A DNA stretch of 64,000 nucleotides from SAR202 cluster bacterium (GTDB lineage: Bacteria > Chloroflexota > Dehalococcoidia > Lucifugimonadales > UBA2962). The position numbers and the translations under genes were made by a program. A model generated the notes under the pieces. That model was not told the DNA's origin. It saw nothing but the letters and a program-made list of their open reading frames with translations, and did not search any database. Positions 18,896 through 29,257 of this stretch are shown one piece after another; within the stretch, counting starts at the first letter, position 1; each line of letters starts with the position of its first letter. The DNA lies in NCBI GenBank assembly GCA_009392275.1, contig VFGV01000004.1, positions 290 through 64,289 on the forward strand. Reading direction: 5' to 3'.

Positions 18896-19852
18896 TTATC
18901 TATCTGACTGAGGCGCATCAGGGTGCCCTGAATTGCTCATTTCTCCATATCGTTTGGCTTGTCCCACAATATCGAGTCCTACCCTCTCAGACCAGGCTGC
19001 TAAAAGCTGATTTGTAATCGGTCCAGGTTTGCCATTTCCAACCGGCCTCTTGTCTATTGTAGTTAATGGCAAGATACATGGCCCAGTAAAAGCTAGAAAG
19101 GCCTCATCGGCTGTATATAAATCGTAGGGCTGTAGGTCCTCTTGCACTGTCTCAATTCCTAATTGAGAAGCTAGGTCTCGAACGGTCCATCGAGACTCAC
19201 TTTGAAGTATAGAACTGTCTGTAGGGCATTTAAGAACACCATCAGATACTAAAAATACGGAATTAATTGTTCCCTCAGTCAGGTTACCCTCTAAATCCAT
19301 CATTACTGGATATGCACCTTCGTCTATGTCCCAAGCTTCCATCTCTGCCAGATTCATGTGCATTCTACTTTGATGTTTTATTTTCGGGTCAACTTGCTCA
19401 CTAGATAAATTTCGTGTTTTTGGAATAGCTCCTTTGACGCCTTCATCAAACCACTCTGACCATCTTCCAAAATAAACCGGGTAGGCTATACATGCCACTG
19501 TGGGAGGACCTGAAGCAGGCGCTGGCCAACCCATTCCTCTAGTGACAAAAGGATATATATAAAAATCCCCCGCATCATCTAAATGATGCTTGTTTCTTTC
19601 AACCGACTCGTTAAATACATCCACCCATTCTTCTGTCGTTAGACCAGAATCTAACCGTGCATATTTTAATGACCTTGTAAATCGATTAGCATGACGACGC
19701 ACATTATAGATTACTCCATTAAACGTCCTTGCAGTATCAAAAACACAATCACCAGTTCGGAATCCTCGATCTTTATGATCAATTTTGATTTCGTCAGAAT
19801 CAATCCAATTACCATTAAAATAAGCTATGTACTTTTTCATATAGAGCTCCAC
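18896..19852 (-). CDS. class IV (branched-chain/D-amino-acid) aminotransferase
   Basis: 318 aa. DRGFRTGDCVFDTARTFNG and the downstream fold-type IV pattern. Confidence 0.85.
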   Translation of the reverse strand: MELYMKKYIAYFNGNWIDSDEIKIDHKDRGFRTGDCVFDTARTFNGVIYNVRRHANRFTRSLKYARLDSGLTTEEWVDVFNESVERNKHHLDDAGDFYIYPFVTRGMGWPAPASGPPTVACIAYPVYFGRWSEWFDEGVKGAIPKTRNLSSEQVDPKIKHQSRMHMNLAEMEAWDIDEGAYPVMMDLEGNLTEGTINSVFLVSDGVLKCPTDSSILQSESRWTVRDLASQLGIETVQEDLQPYDLYTADEAFLAFTGPCILPLTTIDKRPVGNGKPGPITNQLLAAWSERVGLDIVGQAKRYGEMSNSGHPDAPQSDR

Positions 19853-19893
19853 TTATAAACACATATTAAATTAAATGCAAAGTAAAATACAGA

Positions 19894-20607
19894 TTAATCT
19901 CGAAACCTCTGACCATAAGTCGCGTCTTCTTCAATATATCCCTCTGAAAGTCTTAGAACACGATCAGACATTTCTAGCAGATTTGAATCATGTGTTGCTG
20001 CTACCACCGCCATATTATTTTCCTCAACCATTTGTTTAAATAATCCAAAGATAGCCCTCGAATTAACTGAGTCCAATTCTCCTGTCGGCTCATCAGCTAA
20101 TATAAGCACAGGATTATGAACAATCGCTCTGGCTATAGCAACTCTCTGCTGTTCACCTCCCGATAATTCGTAAGGACGATGATTTGACCTGCCAACCAGA
20201 CCTACTATATCCAAAGCCTTTCTAGTTTGTTTTTCTCTTTCACGGGTACCTAATCCTGAAATACGTAACGGGAGCTCAACATTTTCAAATGCAGATAGCA
20301 ACGGTAATAAACCAAAGCTTTGAAATACAAAACCTAATTTACTCCTCCGCAATTCAGTTAACTTACCTTCATTTAGGTCTGCCATATTATGATCTTCGAA
20401 CAAAACTTTGCCGCTACTTGGAGAATCAAGGCCAGATAACAAGTTCAGCAATGTAGTTTTGCCAGATCCAGAACGACCTATCAATGTAACAAACTCTCCA
20501 TGCTTCACACTTAGATCTATTGATTTAAGAACTGATACAGTTTCACCTGCCAGCTCAAAAGTTCTGGCAGCTTTTTCTACAGATATAATAGGTTTATCTA
20601 AATTCAT
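19894..20607 (-). CDS. ABC transporter ATP-binding protein (MacB/LolD-type)
   Basis: 237 aa. Walker A GRSGSGKT, signature LSGGEQQR and Walker B LILADEPT. 4-nt overlap with the upstream ATPase gene. Confidence 0.9.
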   Translation of the reverse strand: MNLDKPIISVEKAARTFELAGETVSVLKSIDLSVKHGEFVTLIGRSGSGKTTLLNLLSGLDSPSSGKVLFEDHNMADLNEGKLTELRRSKLGFVFQSFGLLPLLSAFENVELPLRISGLGTREREKQTRKALDIVGLVGRSNHRPYELSGGEQQRVAIARAIVHNPVLILADEPTGELDSVNSRAIFGLFKQMVEENNMAVVAATHDSNLLEMSDRVLRLSEGYIEEDATYGQRFRD

Positions 20608-21479
20608 TTCTTATCTTCTCCCGGTTCTAAAATAACACCTTTGTCATCAATTCTGACTTTAGCTCTTCTTTCAATATTTGTGCGATCCAATAATGTTTTA
20701 GGAACCTGTACTCTGCCACTACCATCAAAAATAATAAACTCCTCCAATTCATCTACATTTTGGTCCGACTTTTGTCGAATGATCTCGGTCGATAATTTTC
20801 CATCTCTAATCAACACAACTCTATCGACCTTGTATGCGATATCTTGATCATGGCTAACGATCATTATCGTTGTATTTAATTCCTGATTGACCGAATCAAA
20901 AACCTTCATAACCTCTGACGCCGTTGCGTCGTCAAGTTCACCTGTTGGCTCATCAGCTAACAATAATGGAGGATTATTAGCTAACGATATAGCAATCGCA
21001 ACACGCTGCTGTTCTCCTCCTGAAAGCCTGTCTTGTGTGTGATTCATCCGATCACCTAGACCAACCAATTCAAGTAAATCCTGAGCCCTTTTACGACGCT
21101 TTGCAGGAGTGTCTCCAATTAACATCATCGGCAATTCAACATTCTCTATAGCTGTTAGATAAGGAAACATATTTCTGCCAGTTTGCTGCCAGATAAAACC
21201 AACTTTAGTTCTACGATATTCTTCTATCTCTGACGAACTCATGCTCAATAAATCTCTACCTAGAACTGATACTTTCCCAGCTGAAGGCAGGTCGTATCCA
21301 GCCAAAATATTCAACAAAGTTGATTTACCTGATCCGCTCGCACCAACAATAGCAACTATCTCTCCGCTTTCAACCTCAAGATCAAGTCCACGCAAAGCCA
21401 CAACCTCTAAATCGGCTATTTTATATATTTTGAATAAATCTTCGCATGAAATATGATTCAAATTTTCTTCATTCATCAC
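20604..21479 (-). CDS. ABC transporter ATP-binding protein with about 60-aa C-terminal extension
   Basis: 291 aa. GASGSGKST, LSGGEQQR, LLLADEPT. The tail ...FDGSGRVQVPKTLLDRTNIERRAKVRIDDKGVILEP resembles an AbrB/SpoVT swapped-hairpin motif. Confidence 0.9.
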   Translation of the reverse strand: MMNEENLNHISCEDLFKIYKIADLEVVALRGLDLEVESGEIVAIVGASGSGKSTLLNILAGYDLPSAGKVSVLGRDLLSMSSSEIEEYRRTKVGFIWQQTGRNMFPYLTAIENVELPMMLIGDTPAKRRKRAQDLLELVGLGDRMNHTQDRLSGGEQQRVAIAISLANNPPLLLADEPTGELDDATASEVMKVFDSVNQELNTTIMIVSHDQDIAYKVDRVVLIRDGKLSTEIIRQKSDQNVDELEEFIIFDGSGRVQVPKTLLDRTNIERRAKVRIDDKGVILEPGEDKK

Positions 21480-21482
21480 AAA

Positions 21483-24400
21483 TTAATTCTCTCCTATTCT
21501 TAAGGTTGTTACGACTGATATACGTCTAACAAACCATATCATTGAAAAAGTTATCGCTGTAAACACAAAGATCATAGCCGCATAGGTTCCAATCAATGCT
21601 ATCCAGCTTATCTCGGTCACAAACGGGGGCAAAACTTGAGTTCCCACATCATCGTTTGCAATAAATGGCATTATTATCGCTCCAAGATTTTGACCCATCC
21701 ATGCCCCTAAGGCCATGCCGGTTGCGATCACAAAAACTTGCTCTAACAATACAACTGTGCCTATTTGCAATTGAGTCAGGCCAACAGTTCTAAGCAAAGC
21801 AAATTGCACTCTACGTCCACTAAAAGATACATAAGCATGAACAACAAATCCCAAACAACTCAATATAAATACCGCTCCGAACGCTATGAATAAAATCGCC
21901 CTCCATCCGGCTTTCGTTAAAGGATCCACGCTGCTTTCTTCTAGAAACTTATCTCTTTCAAAAACGTTTGTGGCACCAAATGGTTCGTTCTTTAAGGAAT
22001 CAACAAGATCCACTCTGTCTTGGCCTGTAGCATCAAGTTCAAGCCACATTTCATTTGGCTTTAATTCACGTTGTGAAGTATCTAAATTTGCAAAAGCTAT
22101 TAAATTACTGATGTTTGCTACAAGATAAATCTCATTGCTTACATCTAAAGTTGGAAAATAAGAAAATACATTGACTAACTTCACAGGAATTCTCTTGCTA
22201 GCTACATAAATATAAAATAAATCTCCAATCTCATGTCCGGATGATGCAATAAATGATTCACTTGCGATAACTGGAACAAAGGACATTTTAGTTCCATAAT
22301 ACATACCTCTGGGAACTAAAGATGGGCCTGTAGACCAGTTAAACGAAACTGATTCGCCTTCTAATCCTTCTACATCAACATCAGATATCGTTATAAAGTC
22401 TCCGATTGAATCAGGATTCATAGATAGTGGGTTCCACATAGTATTATCAACAGACTCGCTAATAACAAATCTTTCACCCTCAGAATTTCTTACGCTAATC
22501 TGACCTATAGTTATCTGTCCTGGAAAAGTGCTTCCTAAAGTATTTGTTTCTTCAATAGCTATAGAAACGAGTCTCAAAGGAGCTGTGGGTTCAAGCTGCT
22601 GGCCTCTTAAAAGTCTAGATGTTGACCTACTAGTCCTAGTTAAGGACACTTCATATAATTGAACATTAGACGTATCCAGAGTCCCCATCTCGTAAGTAAA
22701 GTATCGATCATTTGCGTCAACAATTCGTGCTGCCAATCTAACACTAGGTTGAGGCCTATTTGCTTTAGCAATTACACCTAAAGTACGTGCCTGTTCAGGA
22801 ATCGCAATTCCTTCAGCAACGTCACCCGACTCTAATGAAGCCAGAAAGTCCTGTACGTTAGTATCAAAGAAATCACTCCTAAACCACCCAACATCACCAA
22901 AAGTATCCGGATTAATCGCCAGAATTTGAATCTTATCCGAAGTTAGATCCGTATAATCATAAGCAGAGCCGCGGTATACAGACGATGATGCTTGAACACC
23001 TTCAATTTCTTGGTAACTTAATTGCAAAGGTTTGGTAAAACCGCTGGCGTCAGTTGAAATACCATCAATGCGAATCTCGCTTCCCGTAGAATACAAAACC
23101 CTTTCTTCAAAACTACGATCCAGTGTCCCGCCAAAACTAGCCGCAAAAATACCTAGACCAGCAGTCAAAATCAACAAGAGAGAAAGCCTCGCATAATATG
23201 CAGGATTCCTTGCCATCTGCCATAACCCCAACGTTGGACCAACAGGCAATAACTTAGACAATATCCGGCTAGCTAAATTCAATGCAACAGGGAATAATCT
23301 AAGCAAGACTAAAGCGAATCCTAAAAGAGTAATTGCCGGAACAGCCAATAATAAATAATTTGCAGTTGTTTGCCCCAAAGCTTGAGAAGCAAAAAGGGAA
23401 CCCTGCTCACTTAATTGTCTAAAAAGAACGACCAGTAAAACCAATAATAAAACATCAATGTAATATTTCTGGAAAAATGGCAATCCACTTGGCCTAGCGC
23501 TTTCACGCCTGTACGCTGTAACAGACACACGAGATGCTTGAATCGCAGGTATCATTAGTGCACAAAAAGAAAATATACCGCCAACAGCCCCGAGTGCAAA
23601 TGCTGAACCAGACAAATTAACATCTAGTCCAGTTCCTCCTAATAACTCAGCAAATATAGGGGTTGATCCCGCAAGTTTTATTGCACCAGCTGCCATTAAA
23701 GGACCCAGAGCAATAGACATCCCAGATATTGTTAAACCTTCTACCGTGAATATAGATATTAGATGCCAAAATCCTGCTCCACGGCTCCTCAATAATGCTA
23801 TTTCACCTTTTTGGCGTTCTATCAAGAGACCAGACAAGGTAACAATATAATAAAGAACTACAACTGCTACAAGCACAAGCAAAACAAACATAGGTAGTTT
23901 AGAGAAAAATAACCTTTTATCGTAATCAACTAACAACTCATCTAAGGAAGTAAATTGCCGATAACTAGATAATTTACCTTGCAGTCTAGATTCAAGAGCA
24001 TCAATGCTTACGATTCCTTCCTGTGCTCTATCTGCACTTATAAGATCTTTGTTCACAGAGAACATCCATCCATAGTTACTATCCATATCAGGAAAGGATC
24101 TACCTAAAATTCCAAAATATGTCTCTTCCGATATATAAAACGGAACTGTCCTGAATGACGAACCAGTATTAGCAGCAAAAACCAGTTCATTTAGGTGCCA
24201 GAAATCATCTTCTGGGTTTAGTTTACGAATTACTCCTGTAACCACCACATTCGCTCGATCAATCTGATCACTCCAAAACGGTACTACAGCCAACGTATCA
24301 CCTATTTCAATACCAGATTCCCAGGCAGATTCCTCAGAAATAAGCGCTTCAATAACAAGTGGTGATTCAGAATCCAATAATAATCCAGAATTATCTGGTA

Positions 24401-24845
24401 TGGAACCTCCATCTATCAGTCCTGCATAGTTATTCAAATCTGGGGAAAATGCAAAATAGGCACGCGCGTTGTCTTTTCCTGCGGATTCTTCTTTCCCTGG
24501 CTCGGTCAAAAAGAATGTAGACGAACTTCCTCCATAGATTAAACTGTTTGAAAACCACCCTATTGTCCTAGTGGCTTCGTCAACTATCAAACTATTAACC
24601 TTCTGATACTCTTCAATAGTTGTAGGACCTCTAACCGCCTTAGAAACCAGATCCCGGTCATTACTTGGCATGGCATCTAATGTTTCATCAAGAGCTATTT
24701 CCTTAAGAGAATTAAAATAGATAACCGTGCCAGATAATATTGCCGCTGCCAGTAACACTCCAATTACAACAGATATAAGTAAACGTGCATGAGATAAGCT
24801 GCGCTTAATTACGAATTTCCAGGTTGTAATAAAATCTGATAACAA
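21483..24845 (-). CDS. FtsX-like ABC permease, fused double-FtsX type (about 10 TM, two large extracytoplasmic domains)
   Basis: 1120 aa. N-terminal TM, then a ~270-aa soluble domain, a TM bundle, a ~400-aa soluble domain and a terminal 3-TM bundle. Clear paralogy to the upstream permease (YYIDV..., ARNPAYYARLSLLLILTAG...GGTLDRSFEERV). Confidence 0.85.
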   Translation of the reverse strand: MLSDFITTWKFVIKRSLSHARLLISVVIGVLLAAAILSGTVIYFNSLKEIALDETLDAMPSNDRDLVSKAVRGPTTIEEYQKVNSLIVDEATRTIGWFSNSLIYGGSSSTFFLTEPGKEESAGKDNARAYFAFSPDLNNYAGLIDGGSIPDNSGLLLDSESPLVIEALISEESAWESGIEIGDTLAVVPFWSDQIDRANVVVTGVIRKLNPEDDFWHLNELVFAANTGSSFRTVPFYISEETYFGILGRSFPDMDSNYGWMFSVNKDLISADRAQEGIVSIDALESRLQGKLSSYRQFTSLDELLVDYDKRLFFSKLPMFVLLVLVAVVVLYYIVTLSGLLIERQKGEIALLRSRGAGFWHLISIFTVEGLTISGMSIALGPLMAAGAIKLAGSTPIFAELLGGTGLDVNLSGSAFALGAVGGIFSFCALMIPAIQASRVSVTAYRRESARPSGLPFFQKYYIDVLLLVLLVVLFRQLSEQGSLFASQALGQTTANYLLLAVPAITLLGFALVLLRLFPVALNLASRILSKLLPVGPTLGLWQMARNPAYYARLSLLLILTAGLGIFAASFGGTLDRSFEERVLYSTGSEIRIDGISTDASGFTKPLQLSYQEIEGVQASSSVYRGSAYDYTDLTSDKIQILAINPDTFGDVGWFRSDFFDTNVQDFLASLESGDVAEGIAIPEQARTLGVIAKANRPQPSVRLAARIVDANDRYFTYEMGTLDTSNVQLYEVSLTRTSRSTSRLLRGQQLEPTAPLRLVSIAIEETNTLGSTFPGQITIGQISVRNSEGERFVISESVDNTMWNPLSMNPDSIGDFITISDVDVEGLEGESVSFNWSTGPSLVPRGMYYGTKMSFVPVIASESFIASSGHEIGDLFYIYVASKRIPVKLVNVFSYFPTLDVSNEIYLVANISNLIAFANLDTSQRELKPNEMWLELDATGQDRVDLVDSLKNEPFGATNVFERDKFLEESSVDPLTKAGWRAILFIAFGAVFILSCLGFVVHAYVSFSGRRVQFALLRTVGLTQLQIGTVVLLEQVFVIATGMALGAWMGQNLGAIIMPFIANDDVGTQVLPPFVTEISWIALIGTYAAMIFVFTAITFSMIWFVRRISVVTTLRIGEN

Positions 24846-27800
24846 TTAATTAATTACCCTTCTGGACATTGAAGGCAGATCAACTTTTATTACTGCTCTA
24901 TACATGAATAATACTGCAGTAACAAATATCATTGTCAATATCCCATAAACTGGCCACATTATTTTCCAATTAGTAACAATTTGAAAAACTGGCATTACCT
25001 TATTTCCGGTTTCGGTGACTGCAACTGAATCAACCATTAACGCACTCATCTGAAATCCAGCCCACGTTCCTAATCCCATACCTAAAGCAAATATAACAAT
25101 GTTTTCTAAGTACAAGAGTCCCATCATTTGAGCACGAGAAAGACCAAGAGTTCGGAGGGACGCCATTTGGGTATTCGATCGCCCGGAAAACGATAAAAGA
25201 TAAGTGGAATACCCTAATGCACCAGTAAAAATAACAACGAAAATAGCAACCATTACCATTGATTTCCAGCCACCGGATACAAGAGGATCTAGTTCATTGG
25301 AAGATAAGCTGGAATTTTTATCATATATTCTTATTGGGTCTGCTCTACCTAGAATCTCATAAATTTTGTTCACTACATCATTAGTAGAATCTGGATCAAC
25401 AGATAAAAATAACTCATTAGCATTATCAATTGAATTTGTTGCTTTTATTTTCAACACTCGAAGCATCAAACTTAGGTCACCAATTAAAAAGCCTCTGTCA
25501 GATCGTAACGTCGGAAAATTGTTAATTACATGAATTACTTTGATTGGTATTACTTGACCGTTTATTGTCACTAATACATTGTCAGAAAGTTCAATACCGG
25601 CGGCCAAAGATAAGGATTCATTTATTATCACAGGTACTTGCCCACCGGAAGGTGCATAATAGAACCCTCTTATTCCTTCCGAAGTATCTTTACCGAATTG
25701 AAATTCCGCATTCCTTTCTCCCGAATTAGGTTCTAAATTATTTGTTGATAACTGGTGAGTAGCTAATGGAGTTGATACCAAAGTACGCCATAGTAATGGC
25801 CCCTCAAAACCCTCTATTACTTTTTCCAATCCAGCTTCATCTGTCACAAAAATATCATCAAATTGCATTGATCCTATTGATCCATTTGCTCCTAGAACTG
25901 GTTCATATATTTGTACGGAAATAATACTTATCGGCTCAACGAGATTTTCAGGTATATCTGCTTTTAATTGTTGCCATTGGGCCTTTTGAGTTCTACCTAA
26001 AGTGATGGTTCTCACAAAACCTCTACCATCTTCTACTATTAACCACACAAAAATATTCGGATAATTTTCCTCAGGCTTAACATGTACTCCAATCTGTTTA
26101 GAATTTTCCGGAATTTGTAATTGATCTAAATCACTTTTTTCTTGAAGGTCAATCATGAGATTAACTAAATCTATTTCTGCATAATCTTCTCTAAACCATG
26201 AAACCTGTTTGAATTCTTCTGGCTGTACGGCTAGCACGTCGAATTGAAATCCAGCACCAGTAGACCCTGGTGTAGCAACTCCTCGATATGCCAATGCACT
26301 TTCAGATACACCTTCAATATCCTGGAAATATTCTCGAGTCTGGTCTATGCCTCTACTTCGATCTAAAGGAAGTCCAGTAACACGTACATCGGATGCAGTC
26401 TTATGTAACACTCGTTCAAGTTGACTTTTATCTAATGTTCCACCGACTGTAGTCGATAAAACTGCCATCCCTGTAATTAGCACCAATAATAAAACTAACC
26501 AGCTGTATTGAAATGGGTTACGAGCCATATGCCATAAACTGATTGAAATCCACACAGGGTAACTATTTGAGGTATACCTCAAAACAATGAAAAGTATTTG
26601 CAGAGGCACAATCGCTATCAAAAAAGATATGATTATTTCATACAGAAAGTATGATGATTGGAGTGAGGTTTGTGACAGGTATACATATATGGCGACAAAT
26701 AGCACTTGAGCAGTCAATCCAATTAATATCCACAACTTCCTTCTTTGTTGAGATTGGATTTCGCCTATAGTCCAACGATAGCAAATTAAAAACGCTAGCC
26801 CTATCAATACAAAATAAAGCCAGTTAAACCCTCGCTGATCAAGAAACTGTTGCATAGAATAAACGGGAATAATCATTATCAAAGTAATAAACGTTATTAG
26901 GTTCGCCAGTGATATAGACTCACCTGCGAAATATCGAATTACCAAAGGGAACACTCTCATGAAAATAAGAGCTATTCCAATTAGAAACAACACTGGTGCA
27001 AATAATAAACCTTCATTTATTTGCTCTACATTAGCGGAGTTACTTGATAAGAAGCTTCCTCTACTTTGCAATTCCCAAAAAACAATTCCACCTATAATCA
27101 AGAATGCAATGTCAATATAATACCTCTGGAAAAAGGGTGTTAATTGTGGGCGAGATGCTTTTAACCTCTGTGAAATAACTCCTGCTCTAGCGGCAATCAA
27201 ACCAGCAATTGTATATATAGCTAAACATAAAACACCTAATGCTGCACCTATCACAAATGGCTGCCAAGTCAGCTGCACAGGAATGAAGTCACCAGAAGTA
27301 ATTGCATCAAAATACGGAAGCTTACCTGCCGATGCAATTAAACCCATAGCAATAAAAGGTCCAATTACTATGGCACCAATAATTATGACAAGTATTTCGA
27401 TTAGATAAACCCTAAACAAGTTAAAGGTGCTGATCCCGCGAGTTCTGAGCCGAACAACATCTTCCTCTCTACTCTGCACTAAATAAGAGATCATCATTGA
27501 CATGTAATATAGAACGGTCACTATCATAAGTGTCAAAAGAAGCAAAAGTGGAATGCTTGTATATAGGCTCCGAGTCTCATATGTCTCCAGAACCTTTGGA
27601 ACAATTGATAATATGAAGGATCCAGGTAAGGATAAAGAGATGTCTTCCCTAAAGTTAGCGAATCTTAACTTACCATCCTGCACATCATACTTTTTAAGGT
27701 TTTCACGATCCAAAAATAAAAGCCAAGACGAACTCACGAGGGTGCCAGGGAATGAATTCGAGATAGAGTCAATTAAAGTATTTTCAGTTACAAAAAATGG

Positions 27801-28535
27801 AAGCGGAGGTTCTTCAGGATCAACCATTACTCCCTGCTCTACAGCATCTTCTAAAGGAGCAGGCTTAAGAAATGTGTCCGAGTTTTCTCTCCAATAAGGA
27901 GACTTAGAGTCTACAGGATCAAAAATTCCCGTAATCTTCGCAGATATAGTTATTTCACTATCTATAAAGGTAGTTAGTTCTATTACATCATTTACTTTTA
28001 CATCAAAAATATTTAGTGAAGGAGACCCTATTATCACCTCAATCAATGGCCCAGATTCTCCTTGTTTTATCTCATCGGATGCCATTTCCCCTTCGACAAA
28101 GACAATATTTTGGTCAATATCTTCCATAAATTGCAAATAACCTCGAGAGACCATTCTGGTCTCTAGGGGCCTATAAGGTAATCCAGCTAAATAATTCTGA
28201 CTTCTAATTAGCCGCCTTTCATCAACATAAACCTCATCGATGTGTTCTTGGACTGCAGTGTTAACTTTTTGCTGGCTTTCCTCCAGTGATTCACGAGTTA
28301 ACACAATATTAGGAGTGTAAATTAAAGCGTTTAAGGTTACGTCAGAGGTTCTGTCAAAGGCAGTATTAACGCTGATCCGTTCTAGAGAATCGAGGTATAT
28401 TGGAGCACCTGAAATGAGGGTGGTAGCTATCAATACCCCAGAAAATATTGACAGCATAAGCTTCCATTCGTTAGTTAATCTTTGTCGAACAAGATTTAAT
28501 GTATTCAGCTGTTTCTGTGAACCTGAAAAGATCAT
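24846..28535 (-). CDS. FtsX-like ABC permease, fused double-FtsX type with extra central TM helices (about 14 TM)
   Basis: 1229 aa. Same architecture as 21483..24845 plus about four additional hydrophobic helices in the middle (residues ~540-660). It abuts the downstream permease gene with no gap. Confidence 0.85.
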   Translation of the reverse strand: MIFSGSQKQLNTLNLVRQRLTNEWKLMLSIFSGVLIATTLISGAPIYLDSLERISVNTAFDRTSDVTLNALIYTPNIVLTRESLEESQQKVNTAVQEHIDEVYVDERRLIRSQNYLAGLPYRPLETRMVSRGYLQFMEDIDQNIVFVEGEMASDEIKQGESGPLIEVIIGSPSLNIFDVKVNDVIELTTFIDSEITISAKITGIFDPVDSKSPYWRENSDTFLKPAPLEDAVEQGVMVDPEEPPLPFFVTENTLIDSISNSFPGTLVSSSWLLFLDRENLKKYDVQDGKLRFANFREDISLSLPGSFILSIVPKVLETYETRSLYTSIPLLLLLTLMIVTVLYYMSMMISYLVQSREEDVVRLRTRGISTFNLFRVYLIEILVIIIGAIVIGPFIAMGLIASAGKLPYFDAITSGDFIPVQLTWQPFVIGAALGVLCLAIYTIAGLIAARAGVISQRLKASRPQLTPFFQRYYIDIAFLIIGGIVFWELQSRGSFLSSNSANVEQINEGLLFAPVLFLIGIALIFMRVFPLVIRYFAGESISLANLITFITLIMIIPVYSMQQFLDQRGFNWLYFVLIGLAFLICYRWTIGEIQSQQRRKLWILIGLTAQVLFVAIYVYLSQTSLQSSYFLYEIIISFLIAIVPLQILFIVLRYTSNSYPVWISISLWHMARNPFQYSWLVLLLVLITGMAVLSTTVGGTLDKSQLERVLHKTASDVRVTGLPLDRSRGIDQTREYFQDIEGVSESALAYRGVATPGSTGAGFQFDVLAVQPEEFKQVSWFREDYAEIDLVNLMIDLQEKSDLDQLQIPENSKQIGVHVKPEENYPNIFVWLIVEDGRGFVRTITLGRTQKAQWQQLKADIPENLVEPISIISVQIYEPVLGANGSIGSMQFDDIFVTDEAGLEKVIEGFEGPLLWRTLVSTPLATHQLSTNNLEPNSGERNAEFQFGKDTSEGIRGFYYAPSGGQVPVIINESLSLAAGIELSDNVLVTINGQVIPIKVIHVINNFPTLRSDRGFLIGDLSLMLRVLKIKATNSIDNANELFLSVDPDSTNDVVNKIYEILGRADPIRIYDKNSSLSSNELDPLVSGGWKSMVMVAIFVVIFTGALGYSTYLLSFSGRSNTQMASLRTLGLSRAQMMGLLYLENIVIFALGMGLGTWAGFQMSALMVDSVAVTETGNKVMPVFQIVTNWKIMWPVYGILTMIFVTAVLFMYRAVIKVDLPSMSRRVIN

Positions 28536-28566
28536 GAAATTAACTTATGTAAAACTTAATTGTAAA

Positions 28567-29247
28567 CTAAATCACATCCGCTTTGTCGGCCCAGTACTCA
28601 GTCCTACCTAATTCTTGTGCTAAATGCGTTGAAATATTGCTCGCACAATCGACTAAATCAACCTTTGTTAAAAGTTTTTCCATTGAAGTCACAGGAATTC
28701 CTGGCATTCCACATGGGACTATGTGGTCAAACAAAGTTAGGTCTGGAGAAACGTTCAGTGCGAACCCATGGGTAGAAATGCCTTTACTTACCCTTAATCC
28801 AATCGCCCCTATTTTCGCGTCTTGCACCCACACTCCCGTCGGTTTATTTTCACAATTTGCCACAATGCCAAAGTCAGATAATGAACTGATAATAGAGTTC
28901 TGTAAAATACAAACTAAACGCAATGGCCCTCCCAATTTTCGTACATTTAATATCGGGTATCCTACTAGTTGTCCAGGACCGTGATAAGTGGCTTCACCTC
29001 CTCTATCAATCTTGTGAACCTTTATTCCCATTGAATCAAGTTCCTTCGCTTGTAACAGAATATCTTCTGATTTCCCCCTTCTTCCTAAAGTGTAAACATT
29101 GTTATGCTCTAGTAAAAGAATTGTTTCTGGGGCTTCACCTTTAGCAATCTTCTCGGATAAACGTTTTTGTAGTTCCCAAGTTTCATAGAAATCAGATAGA
29201 CCCAACCATACAATTCGGATTGCATTAATTTTATTAGACCTCTTCAT
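28567..29247 (-). CDS. lipB: lipoyl(octanoyl) transferase
   Basis: 226 aa. RGGEATYHGPGQLVGYPIL and PCGMPG (active-site Cys) motifs. Confidence 0.9.
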   Translation of the reverse strand: MKRSNKINAIRIVWLGLSDFYETWELQKRLSEKIAKGEAPETILLLEHNNVYTLGRRGKSEDILLQAKELDSMGIKVHKIDRGGEATYHGPGQLVGYPILNVRKLGGPLRLVCILQNSIISSLSDFGIVANCENKPTGVWVQDAKIGAIGLRVSKGISTHGFALNVSPDLTLFDHIVPCGMPGIPVTSMEKLLTKVDLVDCASNISTHLAQELGRTEYWADKADVI

Positions 29248-29257
29248 TTAACAAGTT

